From: an uncultured Candidatus Babeliaceae bacterium
GTDB lineage: Bacteria; Babelota; Babeliae; Babelales; Babelaceae
Reading direction: 5' to 3'
Length of the DNA: 64,000 nucleotides
Assembly: GCA_963704655.1 (NCBI GenBank)
Contig: OY969927.1
Span: 704,001 to 768,000, forward strand
Under the pieces are notes generated by a model that was given only the letters and a program-made list of their open reading frames with translations, did not search any database and was not told the origin of the DNA. Shown piece after piece: positions 1 to 9,586 of this stretch (positions are counted from its first letter, which is position 1; each line of letters opens with the position of its first letter). The translations under genes were made by a program, and so were the position numbers.

Positions 1-1
1 T

Positions 2-292
2 AGCATTAACGCCTATCATTTTTTAAGCAGAATCTCTGCGTTCTTCCAGTATGTATTTACAGGGCATGATGAAGATTGCTTTAAGATTTGCAGCGCTACA
101 ACTGACCCGGCTAATATATCGATAAAACGATTAGTAGAAAATTCTAAATGGGAATCTAATGTGGTTAACGTGGGCATGACGTATGACATTTCGCCTAATT
201 TGGCCCTTGGGTTCCTGTGGCAATCACCGTCTGCCCGACGCAATGCCTATAGATCAACAACCATTATGCTCTCTATTGTTGGAACATTTTAA
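2..292 (+). CDS. 3' end of a putative outer-membrane beta-barrel protein (partial, runs off window start); paralogue of 41586..42875
   Basis: Open frame from nt 2 to TAA at 290-292 (SINAYHFL...QYVFTGHDED...PANI...SKWESNVVNVGMTYD...IVGTF*). Terminal Phe, and motifs shared with 41586..42875 (QY....H.ED, PANI, S.W.S..VNV...YD). Confidence 0.65.
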   Translation, partial: SINAYHFLSRISAFFQYVFTGHDEDCFKICSATTDPANISIKRLVENSKWESNVVNVGMTYDISPNLALGFLWQSPSARRNAYRSTTIMLSIVGTF

Positions 293-382
293 CCGCTTGT
301 CACTGGTCTTATGCCATGCTATACTATAATAAAATTCATAGTTTGAAATTTAATTAAAATAATCCTAAAAGGCATTTTTAGC

Positions 383-769
383 ATGAATAAGCACTATTTT
401 TTGATATTGTTAATTTTCTTTACAGCAACCGCTATAACCGAAATCAAGGGACAAGATATTCCTAGCGATCAAATCAAAGCTCAAGAAGAAAGCATAAAGC
501 TCCTTTACGCACAACAAAGAAAAGATGGTATTGCTATGTTGAAACATGGCTTGGCATTCCTAGCAGGTTTTTTTTGGCTTGGCGAACAACAGTTAAAATA
601 TGGACATCCGCTCAGATTTCCTGAAGATATGGCGCTCATGGCAATAGGGGGAATTACGCTCTATAATCTATGCAAGGCATACCACCATTGTTTTGAAGGG
701 TTTGGGTGTGGTATTGAAATACATCTGATAGAGAAGGCATTGAAGAATTCAGCTAATACATCGGTTTAG
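383..769 (+). CDS. hypothetical secreted/membrane protein
   Basis: 128-aa ORF with signal-peptide-like N-terminus and hydrophobic segments. Confidence 0.6.
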   Translation: MNKHYFLILLIFFTATAITEIKGQDIPSDQIKAQEESIKLLYAQQRKDGIAMLKHGLAFLAGFFWLGEQQLKYGHPLRFPEDMALMAIGGITLYNLCKAYHHCFEGFGCGIEIHLIEKALKNSANTSV

Positions 770-771
770 CC

Positions 772-800
772 TAGACAAACATTCAATTTCGAGGTAAAAT
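772..800 (+). promoter_or_regulatory. sigma70-like promoter for rpsU-rbfA
   Basis: TAGACA-N17-TAAAAT about 40 nt upstream of rpsU. Confidence 0.45.
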
Positions 801-841
801 CTAATAAGTATTAGTCAACCCCCAGCTTTATTTGTGAGTAT

Positions 842-1051
842 ATGACAAAAAAATTCAACATTAGCATTTCTGTAAACGATAATATCGAACGCGCGATCCG
901 CCAACTTAAAAAGAAAATTGAACGTGAAGGTGTTGTTCGTGATATGAAACGTATTGTGTACCATGAACCACAAACACAAAAACGTCGTAAACGTTTAATG
1001 CGTGCGGTTAAACAAAACATGATCCGCATGTCTAACTTTAAAACCGTTTAA
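842..1051 (+). CDS. rpsU: 30S ribosomal protein S21
   Basis: NIERAIRQLKKKIEREGVVRDMKRIVYHEP matches the S21 pattern; 69 aa, basic. Confidence 0.9.
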   Translation: MTKKFNISISVNDNIERAIRQLKKKIEREGVVRDMKRIVYHEPQTQKRRKRLMRAVKQNMIRMSNFKTV

Positions 1052-1053
1052 TA

Positions 1054-1440
1054 ATGACGATTCGCTCTGCATCAGATATTAAACGTTCACAAAAAGAATC
1101 CCTTCTTTTAAGAACAATAAGTCAGCTGTATCACCAGGTTTCTCGTGACGATAAAGCGTTGCAGCAAACTTATATTACACGTGTACAGCTTTCTCCAAGC
1201 AAAACCATCTGCACGGTATATTTTTATACCGCAGAAGGTGAAGAAGCCTACAATGCAATAAAGCAAAAACTTGCTTTATACAAACCTTCTATGCGTAAGG
1301 CGCTTGCCCAAGAGATTAATGGCCGCTATACCTGTGAACTTGCATTTAGATTCGATGACACGTTTGAAAAAACGCAAAAAATCGAACGCTTACTCGATGC
1401 TATAGCAGAAGAGGACAAAAATTTAGAACCACAAGAATGA
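1054..1440 (+). CDS. rbfA: ribosome-binding factor A
   Basis: ITRVQLSP...VYF...MRKALAQEINGRYTCELAFRFDDTFEKTQKIERLL, RbfA pattern. Confidence 0.85.
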   Translation: MTIRSASDIKRSQKESLLLRTISQLYHQVSRDDKALQQTYITRVQLSPSKTICTVYFYTAEGEEAYNAIKQKLALYKPSMRKALAQEINGRYTCELAFRFDDTFEKTQKIERLLDAIAEEDKNLEPQE

Positions 1441-1904
1441 TTCAATACCTATTCTGGTCAATTTTTCTTATCGCACTTGTTGTAACTTTTTTTACCGATT
1501 ACTATTATCTGCTGATACATAGAGCAGCAACTATTTATCTTATTCCCCTCTTTTTATTTGGCGCATTTTTGTGCGCTACCCCCTGCACCTTACTGGAAGC
1601 ACTTTTAGGCTTTTTTGTTGGATATGGCTTTCTGTGGTGCTTTAAAACGTTTTATCTGTGGCACAGAAATATCGATGGCATTGGCCAGGGCGATTTAGAA
1701 CTTCTTGCAACAATCGGTTCATTTTTAGGACCCATGGGTGTTTTATACACCATTACTTTTGGCTCTATTATCGGCACCCTTATTGCTCTTATTATGCTTT
1801 TCACCAAACGCGCAGACGCACAAACCCAGCTCCCGTTTGGTTCATTTTTAGTTATCGGCTGTTTTATATACATCATATTAATAGCATTTACCAAATATCC
1901 CTGA
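1437..1904 (+). CDS. prepilin peptidase (A24 family, lacks the N-terminal Zn domain)
   Basis: Multi-TM; GIGQGDLELL (GxGD) and LPFGSFL motifs. Confidence 0.8.
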   Translation: MIQYLFWSIFLIALVVTFFTDYYYLLIHRAATIYLIPLFLFGAFLCATPCTLLEALLGFFVGYGFLWCFKTFYLWHRNIDGIGQGDLELLATIGSFLGPMGVLYTITFGSIIGTLIALIMLFTKRADAQTQLPFGSFLVIGCFIYIILIAFTKYP

Positions 1905-2367
1905 AGATTTGATCTTTTGGATCATATGAGTAATGATTTACTAGAGTGAGATCAATTTTTTCCGAAAAAGGGATTAAATCTTCTGCCGTTAAAGTCTTAG
2001 AAGTATCACCGGCATAAGGAAAACAAACAATATGATTACCCTTATTATCCAAAAATAAAATGTAATACCGCCTAATCCCACCCCTCCATCTTCCAGGTGG
2101 ATGAACTATATCCGAATAAAGTTTGTACTTAACTGGACGTGGTTTTGGTGCTGAAGGATCAAGCATACATTTAAAAGATCCAGGACGATATTCTACTTTT
2201 TTTATAGGTTCCCCATCAAACGTATAAAATGTTGCATATAATTCTTTTGCATTTTGATCATAAACATAATAAGATGCACCCTTTACAATTGAGTCTTCTG
2301 ATGCATATAAAGATAAACACATTAATATAAAAAATCCTGAGATGATCTTATATACGTAATTATTCAT
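1888..2367 (-). CDS. hypothetical secreted protein
   Basis: 159-aa ORF with signal peptide (SLYA). Confidence 0.6.
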   Translation of the reverse strand: MNNYVYKIISGFFILMCLSLYASEDSIVKGASYYVYDQNAKELYATFYTFDGEPIKKVEYRPGSFKCMLDPSAPKPRPVKYKLYSDIVHPPGRWRGGIRRYYILFLDNKGNHIVCFPYAGDTSKTLTAEDLIPFSEKIDLTLVNHYSYDPKDQIFRDIW

Positions 2368-2385
2368 AGTAAGGCCTCAATTAGA

Positions 2386-2414
2386 TGGGTTCCTGGTCTC
2401 AGCCAGTAATGACA
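2386..2414 (-). repeat. TGTCA-tagged palindromic repeat (family C)
   Basis: Minus strand TGTCATTACTGGCTGAGACCAGGAACCCA; same architecture as 4951-4977 and 40494-40520. Confidence 0.5.
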
Positions 2415-2439
2415 CGGTGTTACGGAGTGCCTACTGTAT

Positions 2440-2889
2440 CTATGCCAAATCATCCTTAACAATCACGATCTCGCCTTTTTCATTAATCGTCAGTACATCA
2501 GGCTCGCCGTCATTATCAATATCCCCTGCGGCGGCAATGGTAAAGCCCTGTCCGCTGACAGAAGCGCCTGAAAGAGCCGAAGCCGGTGTACCAAAAGCGC
2601 CGACTACTGATGATCCAGGAAAGCCATATGTATAATTAACTTGGCCCTCTGGCTTCCAATTAAGACTGCTTGCCCCCTGAAGCTTATCACAATAGGCGCC
2701 ATGTTCGGCAAAATAAGACTTTTGTAACATATACAGAACCCGCAACTGAATATGGGCTTCTGAACGCTTTGCCTTTGCAAGAAATGTCATAAAATTTGGC
2801 AATGCCAAAACGGCAAAAAATGCTATTATTGCAATAACAATCATCACTTCGATTAAACTAAATCCACGACGAACCCCACAACGAACCAT
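2440..2889 (-). CDS. type IV pilin (PilA-like)
   Basis: RRG|FSLIEVMIVIAII class III signal; AKRSEA; C-terminal DIDNDGEPD. Start placed at MVRCG. Confidence 0.85.
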   Translation of the reverse strand: MVRCGVRRGFSLIEVMIVIAIIAFFAVLALPNFMTFLAKAKRSEAHIQLRVLYMLQKSYFAEHGAYCDKLQGASSLNWKPEGQVNYTYGFPGSSVVGAFGTPASALSGASVSGQGFTIAAAGDIDNDGEPDVLTINEKGEIVIVKDDLA

Positions 2890-2906
2890 ATGAGCCTCCT
2901 GAGAGC

Positions 2907-2926
2907 TGGTGCGCAATGCGCACTAC
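2907..2926 (-). repeat. GTAG-tagged mini-hairpin (family D)
   Basis: Minus strand GTAG-TGCGC-ATT-GCGCA-CCA; related to 8019-8039 and 32539-32559. Confidence 0.45.
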
Positions 2927-3056
2927 TTTAGATTTTTTTCTACTCAATCGAGCATACTCCATACACCCCCTAAAAGGTCAATAGTATCTATTTTTTTAAA
3001 ATATTATTTCTATTTGAAAACATTATAAGCCGACAGCCATTTAAAAATTGAATATT

Positions 3057-3085
3057 TTGACATAATTGATTTTAGTATGTACATT
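3057..3085 (+). promoter_or_regulatory. sigma70-like promoter
   Basis: TTGACA-N17-TACATT upstream of the folC-like gene. Confidence 0.55.
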
Positions 3086-3133
3086 AGTAAATAATTGAAA
3101 AAGTTATTCCACAAATCCAAAAGGACATTAATT

Positions 3134-4564
3134 ATGGAAATTACCTCAACTACTGCCCGTAAAGAAGGCATAGCGCTAAAACAACGCAGCTACACAGATA
3201 TTGTTGAATATCTTGATAGCCACTGGTCTGTTGCCCGCCAAGATTCACTTGATCGCGTTAAAGCACTTGACCAAGCATTAAACAACCCTTCAAAATCAGT
3301 TCGCGCGATTTTGGTTGCCGGCTCAAATGGAAAAAGCTTAACGATCAACTTTGCAGCCAAGCTTCTTACGGCTGAAGGTTTAAAAGTTGGCGCTTATTAT
3401 GCTCCCCATGTTTTAACCTACCAAGAACGCTTTGCTCTTAATGAAACAACTATTTCACAAAAATTATTTACCGATATTGCAAATGAAGTTATCAATGCAG
3501 CTGAACAAGCATCTATTAATGCTAACAGCTCAGAACTTTTAGCAATAATGGCACTCAGCTATTTCAAACAAGAAAAAGTTGAAGTTGCACTTTTAGAAGT
3601 TGATAATGGCGGTTTAAACAACCCTGTTAATATCTGTAACGCATTAGTTGCGACTATTACCCGTATTGCAGAACCAACTGTTACCACAACCCCAGAAGAA
3701 CTTGAAGCGATTACGCGCCAAACAGTTGGTATCGTTAAAAAAGATACCTATTTAGTTTCTGGCGACCAAAGCAAAGCAGCGTTACATTTGATGCAAGAAC
3801 TTACTCAAGCGCAAGGTGGCCACTGGCTTATGCCTATTCGTAAAGTGGTTGCACTTGAATATCCATTTGAACAATTACATGGCCGCTGTGCAGCACTTGC
3901 TGAACGTATTGCTGTAACGTTTATTCAAAAATGCATGCCTGAAAAAAGAACTTCAAATCTTGACCTTGGCAGCACAGACAGCTTATTGGTAAAACAAAAA
4001 ATTCAACGTGGACGTCCTACTATTGAAGCTAAACGTCAACAAGAACTTAACCCACGCAAAACGGTTGAACAGTTCTGGAAAGAAGTTACTACCGATTTAC
4101 CAGGTAAGTTCCAAGTTCTTGATAAAGAAAAACCAACCGTGTTACTTGATAACGCACACAACATAGACGCATTTAAAAATCTTCTTCTTGGTGTACGTTT
4201 AATGCACTATCAACGTGCACTTAAAGGCTTAAGCGTTGTTATTGGCGCAGCAGCTGACACGTTGCATAATCAAGAGTTTGTAAAATTATTACGTTATTTC
4301 TTCAAAAAAACTTCCGGTCAACTTTTCTTGTGCCCTATCCAAGAAGCTGTTAAAGGCGTTGGTGAAAACAAATCATGGGATGTTGAACAAGTATTGCTTG
4401 ATATGAAGAAAATGAAAATCAAAGCAAAAGCGTGCAAAAACTTTGAAGATGCATTTGAACAGGCTAAAAAATCTGTTGATGATCGCCACGGACTTGTTGT
4501 TGTCACCGGTTCACATGCCGTTGTTAACGAGTTCTGGAACTACAAAGGCATCAAGAAATTCTAA
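3134..4564 (+). CDS. divergent FolC-like / Mur-ligase superfamily protein
   Basis: VAGSNGKS P-loop, YAPHVLTYQERF, PGKFQ, LLDNAHN, VVTGS. Start at ATG 3134 after AAGGA. Confidence 0.75.
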   Translation: MEITSTTARKEGIALKQRSYTDIVEYLDSHWSVARQDSLDRVKALDQALNNPSKSVRAILVAGSNGKSLTINFAAKLLTAEGLKVGAYYAPHVLTYQERFALNETTISQKLFTDIANEVINAAEQASINANSSELLAIMALSYFKQEKVEVALLEVDNGGLNNPVNICNALVATITRIAEPTVTTTPEELEAITRQTVGIVKKDTYLVSGDQSKAALHLMQELTQAQGGHWLMPIRKVVALEYPFEQLHGRCAALAERIAVTFIQKCMPEKRTSNLDLGSTDSLLVKQKIQRGRPTIEAKRQQELNPRKTVEQFWKEVTTDLPGKFQVLDKEKPTVLLDNAHNIDAFKNLLLGVRLMHYQRALKGLSVVIGAAADTLHNQEFVKLLRYFFKKTSGQLFLCPIQEAVKGVGENKSWDVEQVLLDMKKMKIKAKACKNFEDAFEQAKKSVDDRHGLVVVTGSHAVVNEFWNYKGIKKF

Positions 4565-4580
4565 CACCTGGTTATTTGTT

Positions 4581-4610
4581 GGACCCCTGATGCAAGGGGT
4601 CCTTTTTTTT
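4581..4610 (+). terminator. rho-independent terminator
   Basis: GGACCCCT-gatgca-AGGGGTCC followed by T8, directly after the folC-like stop. Confidence 0.85.
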
Positions 4611-4620
4611 AGCAAACAAC

Positions 4621-4686
4621 GCCGCCCGCATGGATTCGACCATGCTCACCACGAGCGGCCGCTCACACTGAGCGAAGTCGAAGTGT
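4621..4686. repeat. REP-like palindromic repeat family A, doublet
   Basis: GCATGGATTCGACCATGCTCACCACGAGCGG/CCGCTCACACTGAGCGAAGTCGAAGTGT; near reverse complement of 36090-36152. Confidence 0.9.
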
Positions 4687-4693
4687 TAAAATC

Positions 4694-4930
4694 ATGAACT
4701 TAATTATCTTTTACACAGCAGTAATTATAATGGGCCTTGCAACGGGCAATCTTCAGTACCAAGCTCTTTCAAAAAATAAACCCACATTACTAATCGCAAC
4801 TCTTTTACTGCGCCTTACGCTCCTGGTTCTTGCCGGATGCGCAGTACCACTCTTGCACTTATCCCTGCTTCATTTTATACTCAGTATCATACTATTTTGG
4901 GGATGCTCGTTATGGTATGTAATCATATAG
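4694..4930 (+). CDS. small membrane protein, AtpI-like by position
   Basis: 78 aa, very hydrophobic, LLLRL motif, immediately upstream of atpB. Confidence 0.45.
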   Translation: MNLIIFYTAVIIMGLATGNLQYQALSKNKPTLLIATLLLRLTLLVLAGCAVPLLHLSLLHFILSIILFWGCSLWYVII

Positions 4931-4950
4931 TGCTTTAAAAAATACGATAG

Positions 4951-4977
4951 AGATCCTGAAACACGTTCAGGATGACA
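4951..4977 (-). repeat. TGTCA-tagged palindromic repeat (family C)
   Basis: Minus strand TGTC-ATCCTGAA-CGTGT-TTCAGGAT-CT. Confidence 0.7.
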
Positions 4978-4999
4978 CAAGCTCACAGCGTGATTTATT

Positions 5000-5815
5000 A
5001 TGACAGGTTTAGATCTTTTTCATCATATTTACTGGCAACCCCTTGCATACTTCGGGATTACTCACCCATTTTTAACTATTCAATTAGATCTTATCTTTGC
5101 TACGTGGTTTGCACTTTTTTTATTACTTGTTTTTTCTCTGGTTGGCAGATACGCACTTAACCATCCAGAAAGTCTTTTACACACGGCGTACATGACCTTT
5201 ACCCGCAGTTTTATGGAGCTTGTTGCTCAGTCTTGGGGCGGCACGTGCCCAGAAAACTATTTTCTTGTCATTACCACTTTTTTTATCTTTATACTCACCT
5301 GCAATTGGTTCATGCTTATTGGCCTAGAAGAGCCGACGGCAAATTATAATACGACACTCGCGCTCGCATTACTGTCTTTTTTATATATTCAAAAAGAGTC
5401 AATAAAAAAGCATGGCGTGATAGCGTATCTGAACGAATACTTTAAAACACCATTACCCATCAGCAAATTTTCATGGCTTATGGCGCCCATTATTCTTGTA
5501 CAATATATACTCAACACCGCAGCAGCAGTAGCGCTATTTCCTATAGAGCTTATGAGTAAATTTTCTGGGGTTCTTTCTTTATCGTTTAGATTATTTGGCA
5601 ATATTTTAGCAGGTACTATTGTATTTGGGTTATGGAACTCCTTTATACATTCAACCTGGTACTTTCAGATCTTTGGGCTTGTCAGCGGCATCAACTTAGT
5701 AATACTTGGTTTTTTTGGCGTCTTTGAGGGTCTTATTCAAGCATTTGTATTTACTATTTTAACGACAACGTATCTTTCTCTTGCTACAACAAATCAACAA
5801 GAGGAGCCTGTATGA
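5000..5815 (+). CDS. atpB: F0F1 ATP synthase subunit a
   Basis: PTANYNTTLALAL, SLSFRLFGNILAG (essential Arg), GLIQAFVFTILTTTY. Confidence 0.95.
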   Translation: MTGLDLFHHIYWQPLAYFGITHPFLTIQLDLIFATWFALFLLLVFSLVGRYALNHPESLLHTAYMTFTRSFMELVAQSWGGTCPENYFLVITTFFIFILTCNWFMLIGLEEPTANYNTTLALALLSFLYIQKESIKKHGVIAYLNEYFKTPLPISKFSWLMAPIILVQYILNTAAAVALFPIELMSKFSGVLSLSFRLFGNILAGTIVFGLWNSFIHSTWYFQIFGLVSGINLVILGFFGVFEGLIQAFVFTILTTTYLSLATTNQQEEPV

Positions 5816-6750
5816 TGAATCTTGCAGCAGCACATTATAGCAGTATCGCCTTACTAATTACCCTTCCAGTTTTTGCAACGGCATTGGGCCAAGCACGCAT
5901 TGCCAAAGCTGCCTTTGCTGCCCTTAACCAGCAGCCTGCGCATGACACGGGGATAAAAAAATTATTCTTTGCTGGTATTGCACTCAGCGAAACCATAGCA
6001 TTAATTGCCGTGTTAACAACGGCATACTTATTCACCACACCACTTACTACAGATTTACAAATCTATGCACGCATAGGCACGTGCATGAGCATTATTGTTC
6101 CATGCGTTATTGTTGCATATTTTGGCAGCATGAGCATAGCGCAAGCTCTTGGTTCAGCAGCACGCCAGCCATTTTTAACCAATCAAATTTTAAGTTTTAT
6201 GCTTATCACGCAGTCACTTATGCAAACACCGGTTATTTTTTGTGCAATCTTTGGGCTGATTATTCAATATCAAGCAACAACCATTACGACCCTGCCTGCG
6301 GCATTACAATTATTAGCAGTAGGCCTTACACTCAGCTTGTCATGTATTGGACCATGTTTTGGGTTAAGTCACTTTATCGCACAAGCTTGCCATTCTTTAC
6401 GTCTAAATCGTATAGCATTTGCAAAACTTTTTTCATTTACCTTTATCACTCAAGCAATTATTGAAACACCCTTTTTATTTGGCCTTGCAACTGCTATTGT
6501 AATGCTCCAACTTCCCAATGTAACGTTGATGAAAAGTATTGCGCTATTATGCGCTGCCATTGCTCTTGGGGGAGCAACATTACCGGTCAGTATCGTATCT
6601 GCACAAGCATCCGCTAAGGTTCTTCAAGGAATCGCCCTTACGCCAGAAAATACTACACTTCTAAGCCGCTTCAGCCTCTTTTGCCAGGCGTTTATCGACA
6701 CCACCGCCGTTTACGGTCTTATTATTGCCCTCATGCTTATAATGTATTAA
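5812..6750 (+). CDS. atpE: ATP synthase subunit c, four fused c-hairpins
   Basis: Four ~75-aa hairpin repeats with NQQP/ARQP/RLNR/ALTP loops and LSET/LMQT/IIET/FIDT at the ion-binding site; overlaps the atpB stop. Confidence 0.8.
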   Translation: MMNLAAAHYSSIALLITLPVFATALGQARIAKAAFAALNQQPAHDTGIKKLFFAGIALSETIALIAVLTTAYLFTTPLTTDLQIYARIGTCMSIIVPCVIVAYFGSMSIAQALGSAARQPFLTNQILSFMLITQSLMQTPVIFCAIFGLIIQYQATTITTLPAALQLLAVGLTLSLSCIGPCFGLSHFIAQACHSLRLNRIAFAKLFSFTFITQAIIETPFLFGLATAIVMLQLPNVTLMKSIALLCAAIALGGATLPVSIVSAQASAKVLQGIALTPENTTLLSRFSLFCQAFIDTTAVYGLIIALMLIMY

Positions 6751-6823
6751 ATAACATTGAAAATAAGAAAATCTCTCGTATAAGCTTATAAAGAAATCGG
6801 TTTCTTACCTTAGGGCCTCTAGT

Positions 6824-7279
6824 ATGAAAATTCGCACATTAGCGTTATTTGTAATATGCACATTAAGCATGTGCCTGAATGCAACAAAAACCTATGGGCT
6901 TAAAGATACCGCCGGCAAAAATCCAGAAGAAATAAAACAATACATTGCAGAAAATCTTGAGTTTTTAAGAAAAACTAACACCTGCGTTGGGTGTTATCTA
7001 AAAGAAGCAAATCTTGCGGGTTGGAATTTACAACGGGCAAAACTTGCCGGAGCCATTTTGATAGGTATGCAAGCAACTGGAGCAAGTCTTAATAAAGCAG
7101 ATCTTACAGATGCAGATTGTACCGATGCAAAATTTAATGGCGCGGATCTTACAGGAATTAAAACTTCAGCTAAAACAAAATTTGATCACGCAGATCTTAC
7201 TAATACGGCATTAAATCCAGCATTTAAAAAAGATCCATATTCAAATAGCACAGTTTATAAAGAGATCACAAACTCTTAA
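6824..7279 (+). CDS. secreted pentapeptide-repeat protein
   Basis: Signal peptide, CVGC, A(N/D/K)Lxx repeats. Confidence 0.85.
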   Translation: MKIRTLALFVICTLSMCLNATKTYGLKDTAGKNPEEIKQYIAENLEFLRKTNTCVGCYLKEANLAGWNLQRAKLAGAILIGMQATGASLNKADLTDADCTDAKFNGADLTGIKTSAKTKFDHADLTNTALNPAFKKDPYSNSTVYKEITNS

Positions 7280-7357
7280 TAGATTTTTTTTATTGCCATG
7301 TTTCTTATTTCGTTTTAACCTTCTTTGCGTTAATAAAAAATTAAATAATACTATTCT

Positions 7358-7393
7358 GCCGCTTAACCCTTCGACAGGCTCAGGATGAGCGGC
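7358..7393 (-). repeat. family A repeat, single
   Basis: Plus strand GCCGCTTAACCCTTCGACAGGCTCAGGATGAGCGGC. Confidence 0.9.
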
Positions 7394-7407
7394 TAATTGG
7401 GAATACT

Positions 7408-8601
7408 ATGAAAAAAGCAAAAGAACAAACAGCAGTTGTCTATATAATCACAAAACTTGAATTAGGCGGCGCACAAAAAGTGTGTCTTGCACTTTTTAAT
7501 GGCGTAGAATCACCAGAATATCAAACACATCTTATATCTGGTGCCGAAGGGGTATTAGCGGCTGAAGTAAAAAACAATCCACATGCACATCTAACACCAA
7601 CCATGCGCCGCGAAGTGAGCATGTTTGGCATTTTTACCGAAATTAAAAACTTTTTTGCACTGATCAAACAGTTAAAAACGCTTAAAAAAGAATATGCGCA
7701 TATTATCGTGCACACGCATAGCACAAAAGCGGGTATTGTCGGCCGTTGGGCAGCGTTCTTTGCCGGTATCAAAAATATTATTCACACCGTGCATGGCTTT
7801 GCATTTCATAACTTTCAATCATGGTTTACCTGGACTGCGCTGTATATTCCCGAGCTTATCACCAGCTTTATTACTACAAAGTTTGTCTTTGTCAGCCAAG
7901 CAGATGCACAAACAGCAATGCGCCTGTTCCCGCGCATTAAGAACAAAAAAGTTCTTATAAGAGCAGCTATAGATGACCACCATTTTATCGCAACGCACAA
8001 ACAGATGGTAAGCAAATCAGTGCGCCAAAGCGCACCAAAAGAGCATGTGCACCCTTTTATTATTGGTACTATCAGCTGCTTCAAACCACAAAAAAATCTC
8101 CTTGATTTACTTAAGGCATTCGAGCTTGCCTATAAACAAGACCAGAATATTCGTTTAGAAATTATAGGTGACGGCCAACAACGGCCCGCGCTTGAAGCAT
8201 TTATTAGTCACCATAAATTAGAAAAAGTAGTCACACTTCACGGTTGGCAACTAGACGTTGCACCAATTATGAAACGGTGGCACATCTTTGCGCTCAGCTC
8301 TCTGTGGGAAGGTTTGCCATGCGCTATTATTGAAGCTCGTTTATTAAAATTGCCTATAATAAGTTACAGAATTGGCGGCATTAGTGATGTTATTCACCAT
8401 GGCGTAAATGGTTTTTTATATGATGCAATAAATAGTGCGTCAAAACGCACCAATTGGCAAAAATTAGCACAAGGCTTTCTCATGCTCGCACATGACGCTA
8501 CATTATATGCAACTCTTGCACAGTATCCTGATAACTTACAAAATTTTACGCATGACGATATGATAAAAAAACATAAAGAACTCTATCAACAATTGCAATA
8601 A
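7408..8601 (+). CDS. GT4 glycosyltransferase
   Basis: LGGAQKV, HTHSTKAG, HTVHG, SSLWEGLPCAIIEA. Confidence 0.9.
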   Translation: MKKAKEQTAVVYIITKLELGGAQKVCLALFNGVESPEYQTHLISGAEGVLAAEVKNNPHAHLTPTMRREVSMFGIFTEIKNFFALIKQLKTLKKEYAHIIVHTHSTKAGIVGRWAAFFAGIKNIIHTVHGFAFHNFQSWFTWTALYIPELITSFITTKFVFVSQADAQTAMRLFPRIKNKKVLIRAAIDDHHFIATHKQMVSKSVRQSAPKEHVHPFIIGTISCFKPQKNLLDLLKAFELAYKQDQNIRLEIIGDGQQRPALEAFISHHKLEKVVTLHGWQLDVAPIMKRWHIFALSSLWEGLPCAIIEARLLKLPIISYRIGGISDVIHHGVNGFLYDAINSASKRTNWQKLAQGFLMLAHDATLYATLAQYPDNLQNFTHDDMIKKHKELYQQLQ

Positions 8602-8659
8602 GGGCGTATACTTAAAGAAAAATATATCACGTAAACCGCCTATTTATAAGCATTATAGT

Positions 8660-9574
8660 ATGAAACTTTATGATAATCTTCTTCACGCAATTGGCAACAC
8701 GCCTTTAGTACGAATACCCTTTAATTCTGCAGGTAAAGTATACGCAAAGCTGGAATATTTAAATCCAGGCGGCAGCATCAAAGACCGCGCTGCGCTTTAT
8801 ATGATCGAAGAAGCAGAACGTACTGGTCTTATAAAACCGGGCGGAACGCTCATTGAAGCATCTTCTGGAAACCAAGGTATTGCAACAGCACTTATTGGCG
8901 CAATTAAAGGATACAAAGTTATTATTACCGTATCTGAAAAGATCAGTGAAGAAAAACAAAAAACATTGCAAGCTTATGGCGCGCAATTGGTTCGCTGTAA
9001 GCCAACTTTACATCTTGATGACCCAAATGGTTATCATGCCAAAGCAGTAGAAATTCACCGAAACACACCAAACTCATTTATGCTTAACCAGTATTTTAAC
9101 CCAACAAATGCAGCGGCACATTATGCAATGCTTGGGCCTGAAATTTGGCAGCAAACAGATGGAAAAGTAACTCACTACCTAGCTGCAGCTGGAAGCGGCG
9201 GAACCGTAAGCGGTGCAGGAAAATATCTTAAAGAGCAAAATAATAACCTCAAAGTTATTGCAGTTGATGTTGAAAACTCTTATCGTTCAACCAACAATAA
9301 CCCAAAGCCGTATAAACTTGAGGGCATTGGCGTTGATTATGACACACCGCATTTGCGCAATAATATTATCGATGAATATGCATTAGTTAACGATGACGAC
9401 TCGATTGAAATGCTTAAAACTATGGCACAAAAATATGGCTTTCTTGTCGGCCCATCAAGCGGTGCCGTTGCTTGCGCAGCAGAGCGCCTTGCCCGCACCC
9501 TGAAAGAAGATGATATCATGGTGATCATCTTTGGCGATTCCGGCAGAGCATATTTAACAAAGAACTTTTATTAG
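8660..9574 (+). CDS. cysK: cysteine synthase / cystathionine beta-synthase family PLP enzyme
   Basis: IGNTPLV, KLEYLNPGGSIKDR, SSGNQG, GSGGT, DSGRAYL. Confidence 0.85.
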   Translation: MKLYDNLLHAIGNTPLVRIPFNSAGKVYAKLEYLNPGGSIKDRAALYMIEEAERTGLIKPGGTLIEASSGNQGIATALIGAIKGYKVIITVSEKISEEKQKTLQAYGAQLVRCKPTLHLDDPNGYHAKAVEIHRNTPNSFMLNQYFNPTNAAAHYAMLGPEIWQQTDGKVTHYLAAAGSGGTVSGAGKYLKEQNNNLKVIAVDVENSYRSTNNNPKPYKLEGIGVDYDTPHLRNNIIDEYALVNDDDSIEMLKTMAQKYGFLVGPSSGAVACAAERLARTLKEDDIMVIIFGDSGRAYLTKNFY

Positions 9575-9586
9575 AATGCTATTGCA

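Noticed and set aside
16-243. 75-aa minus-strand ORF
   Set aside because: Shadow of the plus-strand partial gene at 2..292.
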